Assembly: GCA_016748015.1 (NCBI GenBank)
Contig: JAAOMT010000294.1
Coordinates: 164,541 to 228,540 of the forward strand
Reading direction: 5' to 3'
DNA from: Geosiphon pyriformis uo1
Taxonomy: Eukaryota > Fungi > Glomeromycota
DNA: 64,000 bases
In this document: positions 51,901-64,000 of the stretch, piece after piece
Layout of the letters: each line of letters begins with the position of its first letter
Position numbering within the stretch: the first letter of the stretch is position 1
Notes under the pieces: generated by a model
Database searches by the model: none
Told to the model about the DNA's origin: nothing
What the model saw: only the letters and a program-made list of their open reading frames with translations
Made by a program: the position numbers and the translations under genes

Positions 51901-52504
51901 GTTTATACTATCAGTATTATTTGCTTATTAGACAATAAAGCAAGACACTACACAAGCAACACCATTTGAATTAGTATATGATAGAACAGCAATATTACCA
52001 GTTAAGATGGAAGTCACCACTTATCTAACAAAACCAATAACTGAAGACAATTTTCAGAAAACGTTGCTAAAAAAAACATATAACTTAATAGAAACATTAG
52101 AAAATAAACAGCAAAGAACAGCTGATAACATCCAGAAGTCACAAGAAAAACAAAAAAAAAGACATAATAATTAACTACCAAACAAACCAGTTGAATTTAA
52201 GATTGAAGACAAAGTATTTCTACATCATACCAAAGCAGAAAAACAATAGAGTGGAAAATTTGACCCCAAATGGAACAGACCATTTCACATAGAAAAAATT
52301 CTTGGAAATAGAGCTTATAAATTAAGATGAAACAACAAAATCTTAACCAAAGCAGCACATGGTGATTGACTAAAATCATATTACCAAATAACATTATTAT
52401 CTACCAATAATATTTTACAATTAGAAGTACAACAAATACTAGTTCAACCAGATAAGATTCCACAAGATCTGGAACCAATCATAATCATTGGACCAAACAC
52501 ATAA
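48905..52504 (+). pseudogene. pol: E5 pol remainder: dUTPase, dUTPase-like linker, RT (~49870-50660), RNase H, integrase (~51130-52504)
   Basis: QRFGSTG, CVDYRKLN, YLDN, HPVTYAS, HSNPTAGH..CDVC, QTNGLVERFN, DLEPIIIIGPNT*. Confidence 0.93.
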
Positions 52505-52564
52505 AATCAAACAATAAAGAGTATATAAAGACACAGTATATGCGACAAAGGCAACTAAAAAAAA

Positions 52565-53200
52565 ATGGAAATACCAGATCATATTCATGCCATAGCTCAA
52601 CAATTATTCTAGGCTTTAAGTCAACAACCCTTAGACATGGAAATTATCATTAACAACCAAACAATTTGCTATCAAAACACTAAAAGAAAGACAAAGAATA
52701 TACCATATTAGTGGTTATCAAAGAATAATAAAAACTGGTCAGATAACATAATAGAAAAAGTAAAGAACACTTTTGAGAAAATACCTATTATGGCACCAAC
52801 AGAAGAGTTTACAAAAAAAAATTGAAAGCAATGGACAGAATGACTTCCAATATCATATTGCTACTACCAGTTAGGTCAAAAGTTGAATATTCAGGAGTTG
52901 TATATCGACAAATCCAAGAGAAAATTCAACCAAAACATAATACAACAAATTGAAGAATTTATTGGAAAGAAAACTAATTCAACACTACATGTTAAAACAA
53001 TGTACTGACTACACAACATATTTCAGAACTATCTAGAAATACTGTTACACTCTGACATAGAAACCATAACCATTAACCAATGGGGAAGAATAAACAATAC
53101 ACAAGTAAAAGATGTGAGAAACAGAGTTGAATAAACAATACTTGAAAAAGAAGTATTAGAATTAATTCAAAACAAAGATTTTGATGGAGCTCAATATTAA
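52565..53200 (+). pseudogene. ORF3 of E5 (variant 2)
   Basis: MEIPDHIHAIAQQLF.AL...CYYQLGQKLNIQ...DGAQY*; nearly the same protein as E4 ORF3. Confidence 0.82.
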
Positions 53201-53212
53201 AGGAGGAAATAA
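53199..53212 (+). promoter_or_regulatory. Polypurine tract of E5
   Basis: AAAGGAGGAAATAA immediately before the 3' LTR TGTTAC. Confidence 0.88.
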
Positions 53213-54096
53213 TGTTACTCATAAAAAAAAAACAGATAGAGAGAAATAGTAGACCAATAGAAGAATAGTAGTTAGCATGTAAACACATATGGAACAATGT
53301 CAGAAATCATGGCACATTGCTCAGCAATATGGAGCAATGTCAGAAAACATGGCACATTATTCAACAATGTGAAGCAATGTTAGAAAATAAGAGCACATCA
53401 CTCAGCAATGTGAGCATTGCTCAAGAAATCATAGCATATTGCTCGGGCATGTGAGCAATCTCATAGAACATTAATTATGTATATATAGCGGCAGTGTTAG
53501 AAGTAGAAAGAGCAGAATCCTTAGGTTAGAAACCATTCTGTTTAGATTTACTTTACACAACTTTCTACATCACAAATTATCAATAAATAATTATTTACTA
53601 TCTCAATCTATTCTCCATTATCAACATGAAGTGTTGATAGTCATTGATACTTAATCACACTGGACCAATAGCTCTTGATCACAGCTATTGATAGAATACT
53701 AACTTGCTTATTGCCTTGGCTTATTTCTTTATGTTATTTCTTTTATTTTCTTGTTTTAATTGTTGTTATTACTAACTCTATTAAGGATTAATGCACGGGG
53801 TACTGACATCAGGATATAGCACTGGTAAAAGACCCAAAAATAAGGGTAAGACACTTGATTAAGGTTAGCTTACCAGGAGAAACACTGGCCATTATGCTGA
53901 GAAAGAAATTGACAAAACTGTGGTTTCAGAAAACTATAGATAAAACTATTACCACTGAATCTCTGTCCATTATACAAAGGACTCAACCAAAACCTTCAGA
54001 TAAACACACCTTCAGATTTTCATCATCAACAACCACCTTGAGCACCAAGTTACAGGTTTGTTATTTACTCTAACATTTAAATAATTACTTGTAACA
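53213..54096 (+). repeat. 3' LTR of E5
   Basis: Matches 24067-24990 minus one 40-bp unit; followed by TSD atgg. Confidence 0.95.
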
Positions 54097-54100
54097 ATGG

Positions 54101-57100
54101 CTACTGCAATATATCTGTTGTCTTTACTGGTGATTGTTAATGGTCCAACTAAGTCAATTTTAATGTAATCAAATGGTTGTTCCACTTTGATTGGTTTCAA
54201 TGGTTCACTGGGTTTTGTTCCTTCTCTTCTCTGACAAGCATCACAATTTTGAACATATTAGATGATGTCTGAATACATTAATGGCCAATAATATCTTTTT
54301 CTGGTTCTTTCCATGGTTGTTTCTTTATAAAAATGTCCTATTGTTGGATCTGAGTACATGTTGAATAATATTGTCTCTTTTTCTGGTTCTGTGATTACTC
54401 TAGTTAGTTAATCTGAATTTCTTTTGTTCTTCTGGTAAAATATATTTTGATGGTTGATAAAATATTTTAATTGTTGTTTTATGTTTCTTTGTTTTTTTTA
54501 AGATAATTTCTTCTTGAACAATTGGGTATTTATATAATGTTGAAGTTGTTGGTATTTTTATATATTCATCTTTTGTTATATTTTTGGGTTGAAATGTTTT
54601 TAGATTTGTCTTATTTGTGACAAACCATTGGCATTTTTATTGTTTTTTTCTTTTTTATAATGTATTGTATAATTGAATAGTGAAGTTCTATTTTCCATCT
54701 GGCATGGCAGTCATTTCCAAATTTTTGCTTCTGAATTGAAGTCAATCTCTTGTAATCAGTGTATACCTCAAACTTTTGACTCAAGTATTTCTTCCACTTA
54801 ATGACAGCCCAATAGATGGCTAAGTATTCTAGTGCTGGAGTTCCATAGTTTTTTTCAGCTGGACTTAAGCTTCTACTGGTGTAAGCTATTGGGTGTTCTC
54901 GTCCATCAGGTTCTTTCTAAGATAATACTGCTCTCAATGCTTGACCAGATGCATCAGTTGTAATTATAAATAGCTTGCTATGATCCAGATAGATCAGTAC
55001 TGGGGCTTGAATAAGCTTTTTTCTTAATGTATCAAAAGCTTCTTGCTAGGTTTTTGTCTATTCATATTTGATGTTCTTTGTTTGGAGCTAGTATAGTGGT
55101 TGAGCTATTTTAGAAAAGTCTTTGATGAAGTGGCAGTAGTATCCAGCAAATACCAAGAATGCTCTTAATTCTGTGAGATTATTTGGTACTAAAAAGTTTT
55201 TGACAATCTTAATCTTGTCTGAATCCATTTTGATTCTATCTTTGCTTACAACATGTCCCAAAAACTTGAGTTTAGTTTTTCCAAAGAAATATTTGGTTGC
55301 ATTTAGCTTTAATCTGGCTTTTTGTAGTCTTTTAAACACTTATTGAAGGTGGTGTAAATGATCATTGAATGTTTTTGAGAACACATTGGTGTCATCCAAG
55401 TATATGACTATAGATTTTCATAGTAGTCTAGTATAAACAATTTTCATAAGTTGCTGGAAAGTGGCTGGAGCATTTATCAAACCAAATGGCATTACTTCAA
55501 ATTCAAAGTTTTCTTCTCTTGTGGTAAATGCTGTTTTCTTTTTGTCAGCTGGATTCATGGCTACTTGCCAGTAACCACTATCTAAATCCAGTGTTGAGAA
55601 CCATTTATTTCCTTCAAAAGCATCAAAAAGTTCTTGGATTTTTGAAGTTGGATAGCTATCTTCTTTGGTTACTCTATTCAATTTCCAATAATCCACACAA
55701 AAATGGATCTTTTCATTTTTCTTCTGAACTAGTACCACTGGTGATGATCATGGCCTCATTGATGGCTGAATTAGCCCATTGTCAAGCATTTGGTTAATTT
55801 CTTGATGAATGATCTCATGGCTGGTTGGTGGTACTCTATATGCTCTTTGTTTTATTGGCATTACATCTCCAGTCTTGATCTGGTATTGGATTATATTAGT
55901 TCTGCCAAATTCATTTTTACTGGCAAAGATGTCATTGAAATTGTTGAGTAACATCTTAAGTTGCATCTGTTGAAGTGGGTCTAAGTTTCTCAAATTCATT
56001 TGTTCCAATTGTTCTAGTTGGAGCAAATAACATTCCCTTTGTCCATAAATGGTTTGTAATATAATATTCACATATCCACAAAGCTAGGAAAAATTTGGAA
56101 TGTAGTTTGGTGATTGGTCCTTAACTTCAATGGTTAAGTATCCAATGATGGTTTCTTTTGGTATCTCAGTGACATTTTCAGTTGTGTTGTAAATAGGAAT
56201 TTTGATGTTTTTGGGGCTTTTGGCTGCTATGTAAAAATTAGTAAGTCCACTCTCTTCTGATTCACAAATGGTGGCTTCTGCTTCAAACAACTGAACTTGA
56301 TCTTTTATTTTCCTCTTTATAGCTAATATGTACTAGTTATATGGTGGAATAGAAATTAATTGATGGGTTGAGATAATTTCTCCTTTGTCAACAATTTTTT
56401 TCTCTGCCATATTAACTGGTACATTTATTCTACTTATTAATCTAAAACCTTGTATTCTTCTTGCTGTTATCCCTAATTCTTCTCTATTTTCTACTGGTAT
56501 TAACTAAGCTATTTTCACCAAAGGTAGGAATATTGCTTGTGCTATTTTTTTATTTGAATCTATAATATATGTCTTTTCCGAATCATTTTGTAGCATAACA
56601 ACAATATTTCTTATGTATTTTGCATTAATTATTTCTCCTCTGATGTTGATTCCCTGTTTGGCTAAGCTACTCCTAAATGCTAACTGAACCATTGTTGTTG
56701 CTGGAATTTCTAGTGCTATTTTGAAATCAATACATGTGTGTAAATGGGGTTCCAATTTAATAGGATTTTTTTCTGAATACCTTAGATCAAATTCTACATC
56801 AGTATCATGTGTGTATTCAGACATGATACCTTCATTATTGTCACTGAACCATCTTAGTTTCTGCTCCTTAATGAGGTCAGAAAGTGCGATAAATGTTTTG
56901 GGGTTTGAATCAGAGTCCAAATTGTTGTTATTTTCATTGTTGTTTTGAGTAGAGCTGGAACCATTGTTTTTATTATCGTTGTTATCAGAGTTTAAATCAG
57001 GATTGAACATTGATTCTGATTCTGACGCACAGTTGTTGATTGGCTTGTTTTCTTCTGGAATTGTATAGATCATGCATAGTGGTAGATTGTAGATAAGGTT

Positions 57101-60100
57101 ACACTCATTACAATACTGGAAGTTACATGGAATCAAACAGTGGTCACATAGTCAGGTGTTGATTTTTTTCAAGCACTATTCCTGTTTTTCTTTGGATGGT
57201 GCCAAATTTTGATAGTGCTCATAAAATTCTTCTGGGCCTGTTTCCAGATCCAAAAAAGCATTTGGGTTGGGAATCAGAACAATGTTGACTGGTTCTGGGT
57301 GGTTGTTCTTGATTTCCAATATTTTGCTAGGCATGGCACCTTCTATTTTGGCATTTGCCATTCGCCAAATTTTGTTTTCATCGTGTAAGTAACTGTCCAA
57401 ACAAGAGATTGCTCAGTGTCAGGTGGCAGTAATAGGCATTCTATAACTTATCCAGTCGTTGATAAGGATCATGTATTGGCATGAAGCATCACATGTTCTT
57501 TTTTATTCAGAAATGTTGTTCCATATTTTTTTATTAAGTAATTGTTTCCCACAAGTGAGACATAATTCATTGTCTCACTTGTCTTGTTATTTTGGATAGG
57601 CATATTGTTCTCGGTGGCATAGTTTGCAGTAATAATGTGTTCACATCTAGTAATCTTTGTTGGGCATGATTCAAGCTCTTATGAAAGAAAGTTTTTTGCC
57701 ATAATCTTGGCATTTGAGTGGAATATGTGGTGGTTGTTTTAGTGGCTCATGTGAGTAAAATCTCTCCCAGCCACTAGTTATTTCTTCAGTTGCTGTGTCT
57801 TCTTCCATTGTGTCCTTTTCTTTACCTTTCCCTTTATCATCTCAGAAAAGTACTGGCAGTAGCTCATTGTGTTCAGTGTTGGCCCAGAAGACTTGGTATG
57901 CTTCCCAGGTAGGTTTTCTTTCCTTTTCTTTTAACTTAATGAGTGGTTTGTCATTTAGAGTGGTTTTGAAGTGACCACAAGTGGCTGGCACATGTGTGTG
58001 GTGGCTATTTTGGCTAAGTTGCAGTTCTTGGGTGTTCTAGTTGAGCATGGTGTTGGCTTTTAATAGCCAGTTATTTCCAACAAGAGTCTGATACTGAGTT
58101 GCTTCTATCACTAATATCTTAATTGGTATTATGAGGTTGTTGACTTCAAATGAGAAGTTGTCTATTTCACCAATCAAAGTTTTGGTTGCTCTATCAGTGG
58201 TAATTATGCATATGCTGGCAGCATAATCAACTTGGCAACCTAATTGGTCTATGAGTTGTTATGTAATGATACTGTCAGCTAATCCACTGTCTAGAATCAG
58301 TTTAATGTGCTGCCCATTAACTTTAGCATCAGTATACATCGCAGTGATGAGTTTTGGTTCTAGGGTGGCTCCACTGAATAGTGGTGTTTTAACTGGTTCC
58401 TCGAGTTCAAAAAGGAAGATAGCAGTAAATGATTCATCTTCTGTAATAGTTGCTGGCAGAATATTGTTGGTAAGTGGTTTTTTGTTGGCTTCTGATTTGT
58501 TGGATGTGGTGTCTTCTGGGATAACCAGGAGACTTAAATAGTTCTGGGAATTTGGGTTTTGGGTGTACCTGGTGCTCAAGTTCTATTGTCAAGATTCTGA
58601 TGGTTGTGTAGAGGAACTGGGGATCAGTTAATGGACTATCATTGACAATCTCCAGCTTTGTTGTGTTAATCTTGGCCTTTGGGTTCCGTTTTAAGGTAAG
58701 TTCTGTGGTGGTGTTTGATTTTGTTGGGGCTGATAAATTACTTGAGACTGCGGCTAATAAATGGGCTGGGACTGCAGTTAATAAATTAATGCTGGAGACT
58801 AATAGACTGAAGGTAAGTATAATTGTTGTATTATTGGGGCTTGATAAATCAGCTGCATTATAGGTAGGTAATTTGGCTAATATAGAGCTGGATTTGATTG
58901 ATAATTCGGAATTTAAATCTGGTGATCAGGATTTCAATATTGATTTCCCAATTGTTGGCTATTTAAACATTGGTGGCAATTGATTTACAAGTGGCCTTGT
59001 TTACCACAATAGTGGCAAGCACATGTTTTCTGCTGCCACTGTTAATTTGTCACAGAAGATGCTGGACACAACTGGTTTTGGAAGTGATTTCCATTTCCCT
59101 GATTGTTGCATTGTTAGAAAGATTGATAAATAGGTTAATTGGTGTTAGTTAAGTATCTTTCTAATTTCTGATTAAGAGAGTCACTCAATTGCTTCAGTTT
59201 GGAATCCAAGTCAGATGATCCATTTATTACTAGGTTTATGGCTTGGACATGATTGGTTTCAAGTTCAGCTGCTTCAAAATCTCTGGCATTCATAATAGCA
59301 GCTTGAAGATCTGCTGGATGTATTGGATGTACACATTGGAGGATGCTACTGTGCAGGTCTCTAATGAATTGATTCAGTATTTGTGGTGCTGTAAAATAAT
59401 CAGCTTATATAACCTGAATTTAGTGCAGATTTCTGTGGAAGCATCCTAAGTAAGTAGTGACTGGTTTATTTTCTCTTTGCTTGATGGTAGTAAAAGTGTT
59501 TGCCAATCAGTTAATGCTATTATTATTACTGAAGTATCTGAAGAATGTGACTTTAAATTCCTGGAATGTTTGAGGTTTGGTGACTAAACTTTAATACTAC
59601 AAATTAGTGATATTTTGTAAGAAATAGAGAATGACTTGGAATGCTCTTTGGTCATTCTATCCGTTGGCTGTGATGACTTTTTCAATGTTGTTAAGCCATA
59701 TTTGGGTGTTATCTTTTTTGCCAGTAAATTTCTCAAGTTTTGCTATTGGAACATAGGTTATTGGATCCAAGTTTGGTTGTTGAAGTTGTTATTATGGCTG
59801 TTAAAGCAGCTGTTATAGTTGTTGGAATGATTGAAGTGGCTGCTATTGAATCAGTTCAATAATTGGTTCAATTGGGAGTTGATTGATGATGATTATTGGA
59901 GGTAAGTTTTGCTGATTAATTGTTTTGGGGTTTTAATCGTTCCGATTTTGCCGAGTTTGAAAATTCGGAGTTTCAATTTCTGGATTTTCTAAGTTTGGGG
60001 TTTCAATGATCAGATTTTCTGGAATTGGGTTCTAGTAAATAAATTTCTGATCTTTGGCTTCTTCTTCTTCTTTTGATTCCGTTATCTCCCAGAGACTCAT

Positions 60101-60727
60101 GTTTCCAAAATCTGGTTAAGGTGGCAGTGATCAGAATCCTGATGATGTTGGCAATTGTGATTTAAATCCTTTGAAATAATCACCATAGGTTCTCAGTAAT
60201 TCAGCTTTCTTTTGTTTACTTTGAAATAGAAGTTGTCTAAATGTTGATGTTACATGTAATGTGGACATGCCTGTTGATGAGATATTAATGGCACTTCCAG
60301 GTATATAGTGGTATGATGGATTTGTTGGTGATTCAACTCTAATTTTCTTTCAAATGGGTGGTTGTATTTGTTTTGGTGTTACTGCTAGTGTTTGCAACCT
60401 TTCTTTGTTTTTGTCTGTGTATGTGATTGGGAATTGTTGTTGTGTATACCTTTTAATAGTTTGATTGATTTTTTTAATAATTGGTGTGAAACTGTAGTTC
60501 CTTAGTAAGCTGGTATGTTGGAATAACTCTGTATAGAAATTTTTTCTTGCAGATTCAATGTTAACAGTTCCTCTTAAACAGTCTGTAATTTTGTTGTTAA
60601 CATAGAAGTTGAAGGCTGATTCTGCTAAAAAGTGGTTATTGTTTAATCTTAATTGTTGGCTGTACTGTTGAAACAAGAATTTGGCAAATCCTAAATGGTT
60701 TGCTTCTATGATTTCTGATTCTGCCAC
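54101..60727 (-). pseudogene. pol: E3 Gag-Pol: gag ~58980-60727, PR ~58020-58350, Cys-rich ~57090-57730, dUTPase ~56420-56850, RT ~55020-55790, RNase H ~54610-54990, IN N-terminus ~54101-54570
   Basis: LILDSG, LDLDSGYWQ, MPFGLINAPATFQ, YLDD, ITTDASG, IDLVGPL. Confidence 0.93.
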
Positions 60728-60790
60728 TTTTAAATAATTGTTGGTTGGTGCTGGTTCTCTGTAAGATTATACCTTACAAGAAGCACCAAA

Positions 60791-61666
60791 TGTTACAAAT
60801 GATTATTTGGGGTCTCAAAACAAATAACAAATCTGTAACTTGGTACTTAATAGATTGATATGATTATATTAGTTTCCAAAATGGTTGTGGATCTGAAGGT
60901 TTTGTTGTGGATCTTTGTATAATAGACAGAGATTTTCTAAGGTTGGTTTTGGTTGCTTTCTCCAGTTGTTTTCCCAATTTCTGTCTTTAGCATGGTGGTC
61001 AGTTTAATCTGGCAGTTGTGTCTTTCTGGTAAGCTATCCATTAATATATATATAATTCTATTCTTATTTCTGGGTTTTTTACCAGACTATCCATGACATC
61101 AGTAACTCAGTGCTTTAATCTTTAAGTAATTAGTAAATCCAAAAGAAATAACAAAAGAAATAAAAGAAATAAAAGAAGATAATGAAATAAGTAGAAGCAA
61201 TTACAAGTTAGTATCTCATCAATAACCATGATCAAGAGCTATTGTTCTAGTATAGTTAAGTATCAATTACTATCAACATAAAGTATTAATAGTAGAGAGT
61301 GGATTGAAATAGTGAATAATTATTTATTGAATAGAAGGTTGCTTAGATTAAATCTAAACTGGAAGATCTCTAACTAAAGAATTCTGCCTTTTCTACTTTT
61401 AATACTACTGCTATATATACATAATTGAGATTCCTCAATTCCTCAATTTTTCATACCAGAAATCCTGGAATTTCTGGAATTCTGCAATTCCTTTTGAGAG
61501 GAATCCTGCAATTCTGAAATTCTGCAATTTTTTTGTATGAGAATTCTGAAATTCCTGGAATCTTGCAATTCCTCTTGAGAGAAATCCTGGAATTCCATCT
61601 TTACTGTGCCTACTTCTGATTGGCTAATTTATATGCTACTATACTTCTTATATTCTATAAGTAATA
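60791..61666 (-). repeat. 5' LTR of E3
   Basis: Follows the PBS; matches 11527-12382; repeats at ~61425-61597. Confidence 0.95.
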
Positions 61667-61670
61667 TCAT

Positions 61671-64000
61671 TGTTGTTGTTATTATCAAAGTCTAAATTGA
61701 AATTAAATTTTGATTTTGATTTTGAAATACAGTTGCTGATTGGCTCTTTCTCTTTAGAAATTAAATCAATTAAGTATAGTAACAGATTGTAAATAAGATT
61801 ACAATCATTACAATATTTGAAGTCACTAAAAATTAAGCAATGTTTATAAAGTTTAGTGCTTAATTAAACTAAATACTGCTCTTGTTTTTCTTAAGTAGAT
61901 GCTAGATCTTAATAATAAAATAGTTTTTTTTTTGTTCTGATAAGTATAAAATGTGCCAATTATTATTTGTTTCTTCTGTAAAAGTGTTGGTTTACAGTTT
62001 ATTTTCTTTTTTTTCTTTTCTTTTGTTATCTCAAAAAAGTATTGATGGTAGTTTATTGTGCTTGTTTTCAGTCTATAAGACTTAATAAGCTTCCCAAATA
62101 AGTTTTTTTTTCTTTGAACTTGATTAGTAGTAATTGAATAGTGGTACTTATTTTGAAATGGCTGTAAATAGCAGATACCTGAGTTTGCAAACTATCTTGA
62201 TTGAACTGTAGCTCTTGGGTATTCTAGTTAAGCATAACATTGATTTTGAACAGTCAGTTATTATTAATTAGTATTTTGTACTGTATGGCTTTTATTACCA
62301 ACACTTTGATTGGTGCTATAATACTATTAATTTTAAACAAAAAATTGTCAATCTCACTAATAGGCATTTTTGTCATTCTATTGACAGTAATAATCCTAAT
62401 ACTAACAGTATAATTAACTTGGCAACCTAATTGGTTCATAAAATATCATATAATAATGCTGCTTACTAAACTACTATTAAGAATTAGCTTAATAGAATAG
62501 CTATTAACTTTAGTATTAGTATATATAATGGTGGCTAATTTGGTATTAAGAGCAGTTCTACTAAATAATGATATTTCTAATGGGATCTCTAATTTAAAGG
62601 AAAATATAATTACAAGTGATTTGTCTTCTGTGATAATTGCTAGTAGAATGTTGTTGGTAAGTATTTGGTTTTGGTTGGTTTTTTGTTGGTTGAATTGGGC
62701 ATTTTTTGGAGTAACTAGAAGACTTAAATAGTTTTGGAAATTCAGGTTCTGGGTGTATTCACTTCTTGAATTTCTGAGACATAATCTTGATGGTTAGTTT
62801 GGTAAATTAGAGATTGGCTGGTATATAATCATTGTTAATCTTCAATATTATTGAGTGTAGATAATCTTTGGTCTTTGGTTTTCAGTTGGTACTATATTTT
62901 GAGACAATGCTAAAATTTGTTGGAATTAATAGATTACTTGTAACTATAGAGTTTAATAAATTACTAGTATTGAAGTTTGATAGATTAAAGATAAATATAT
63001 TGGTTGTTGTATTATTGTTACATAAGATAAAAAACATTGTTCTAATAACAAAGTGTTGGTAGAGTTCAGAGTTTAAAACTTGCAATTAAGATTTTAATAT
63101 TGATTTCCCAATCATTAATTATTTTTTCTTAAGCAACAATCTATTTTTAAGTAGCTTTGTTTACCACAATAATAGCAATTATGCATTTTCTGTTGTTATA
63201 GTTGATTTAATAATGATAATAGACATAACTGTTGTTGAAAACAGTTGAAATTTTCTGAATTTTTATGATGTTGTGAAGGTTGATAAATTGCCTAATTGTT
63301 AGCTAAATATTTTTCTAACTTTTGATTAATTAAATCACTGAATTGTTTTAATTTGGTATTCAATTCAAATGATCTGTTTATTACTAAATTTATGGTTTGA
63401 GCATAGTTAGTTTTGAGCTCAGCCAATTCAAAATCTTTGGTATGAGTGACTGCATTTTGAAAAATATTTGAGTGTATTAGATATACTCATTGCAAAAGCT
63501 ACTGTATAATCTGTAAATAAATTGATTCAAGATTTGTAATACTGTGAAATAGTCAACTTTAATTGCCTGAATTTAACACAGATTTTAATAGAAATATCTT
63601 GAATATGTAATGACTGCTTCTGTATTCTCTTGTTTAATTGTAGTAAAACTAGTTAATAGGCAGTTGATGCTATTGTTGTTACTAAAATATTGCAAAAATG
63701 TGGTTTTGAATATGACAAAATCTTATGGTTTGTTTACAAGATTCTGATATCATGAATTGATAGTATTCTATAGAAAATATGAGATGGCTTGAAGTGCTTT
63801 GGCATTGTTTCATCTATTGGCTACAATGGCTTTTCTTATATTATTGAATTATGCTTGGGCATTGTCTTCTTTACTAATAAACTTTTCAAGTTTGGCAATT
63901 GGTATATATACTATTTGTATAAGATATTGCTATTGTTGTAGTTGTTGTAATATGACAATTAATGCAATTGGTAGTTGATTGATCAAATTTACCAGAGGTA
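61671..64000 (-). pseudogene. gag: E2 gag/protease remnants (very AT-decayed)
   Basis: Protease-like ORF 62254..62439; capsid-like remnants at 63300-63910. Confidence 0.8.

Larger units (their letters stand above)
24067..54096 (+). mobile_element. E5: full-length family-A element on + strand, interrupted by E6 (in gag) and E7 (in dUTPase)
   Basis: LTRs 24067-24990 / 53213-54096, perfect TSD atgg, PBS 24993-25008, PPT 53199-53212. Confidence 0.96.
11527..61666 (-). mobile_element. E3: full-length family-A element, interrupted by E4 and E5 inside its integrase
   Basis: LTR pair 11527-12382 / 60791-61666, TSD ccat/tcat, PBS 60773-60788, PPT after 12382; RT IVIYLDDTNV at ~55385-55412. Confidence 0.93.
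10398..64000 (-). mobile_element. E2: old, internally deleted family-A element (own sequence 10398-11526 and 61667->64000)
   Basis: 3' LTR 10398-11236, PPT 11237-11251; dUTPase start fused to ORF3 tail; resumes after E3 with Cys cluster, protease (62254..62439) and gag. Confidence 0.8.

Noticed and set aside
52200-52504. Chromodomain at the integrase C-terminus
   Set aside because: No Y.V.W.G...TWE pattern; the ORF ends ~40 aa after the GPY/F region
53855-54073. Short ORFs inside LTR U5 (also 39154..39387, 48132..48365)
   Set aside because: Recurrence follows from LTR duplication; starts and stops are not conserved between subfamilies

Overview
AT-rich eukaryotic, most likely fungal, heterochromatin-type window. 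No host genes were found. It is essentially all retrotransposon: a deep nest of degenerate Ty3/Gypsy LTR elements plus two LINE remnants. From memory the proteins resemble Glomeromycotina (e.g. Geosiphon) retroelement products; this is not verified. Structure read from LTR ends (TGTTAC...GTAACA), PBS, PPT and 4-bp TSDs: E1 (<1-5968, -) sits in the endonuclease of LINE-a (5969-~8320, -). An old LINE-b (~8321-10212, -) is interrupted by LTR fragment E0 (10213-10397). E0 is interrupted by deleted element E2 (10398->64000, -), which contains E3 (11527-61666, -). E3 contains E4 (13490-23551, -) and E5 (24067-54096, +). E5 contains family-B elements E6 (25339-35093, -) and E7 (38912-48900, -). The ~10-kb elements share an unusual layout: one Gag-Pol frame (Gag-PR-Cys-rich domain-dUTPase-degenerate dUTPase-like-RT-RNaseH-IN, no chromodomain), then a ~210-235 aa non-env ORF3 next to the PPT. 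The most interesting candidate system is that three ORF3 variants each go with a different array of dyad-symmetric repeats in the U3 promoter, suggesting an element-encoded regulator and its operator. Other signals: GUG-initiated Gag extension, PBS-sequestering U5 hairpins, module shuffling between copies, target-site bias, and transition-only (RIP-like) decay. All copies carry stops or frameshifts. Domain boundaries are approximate.
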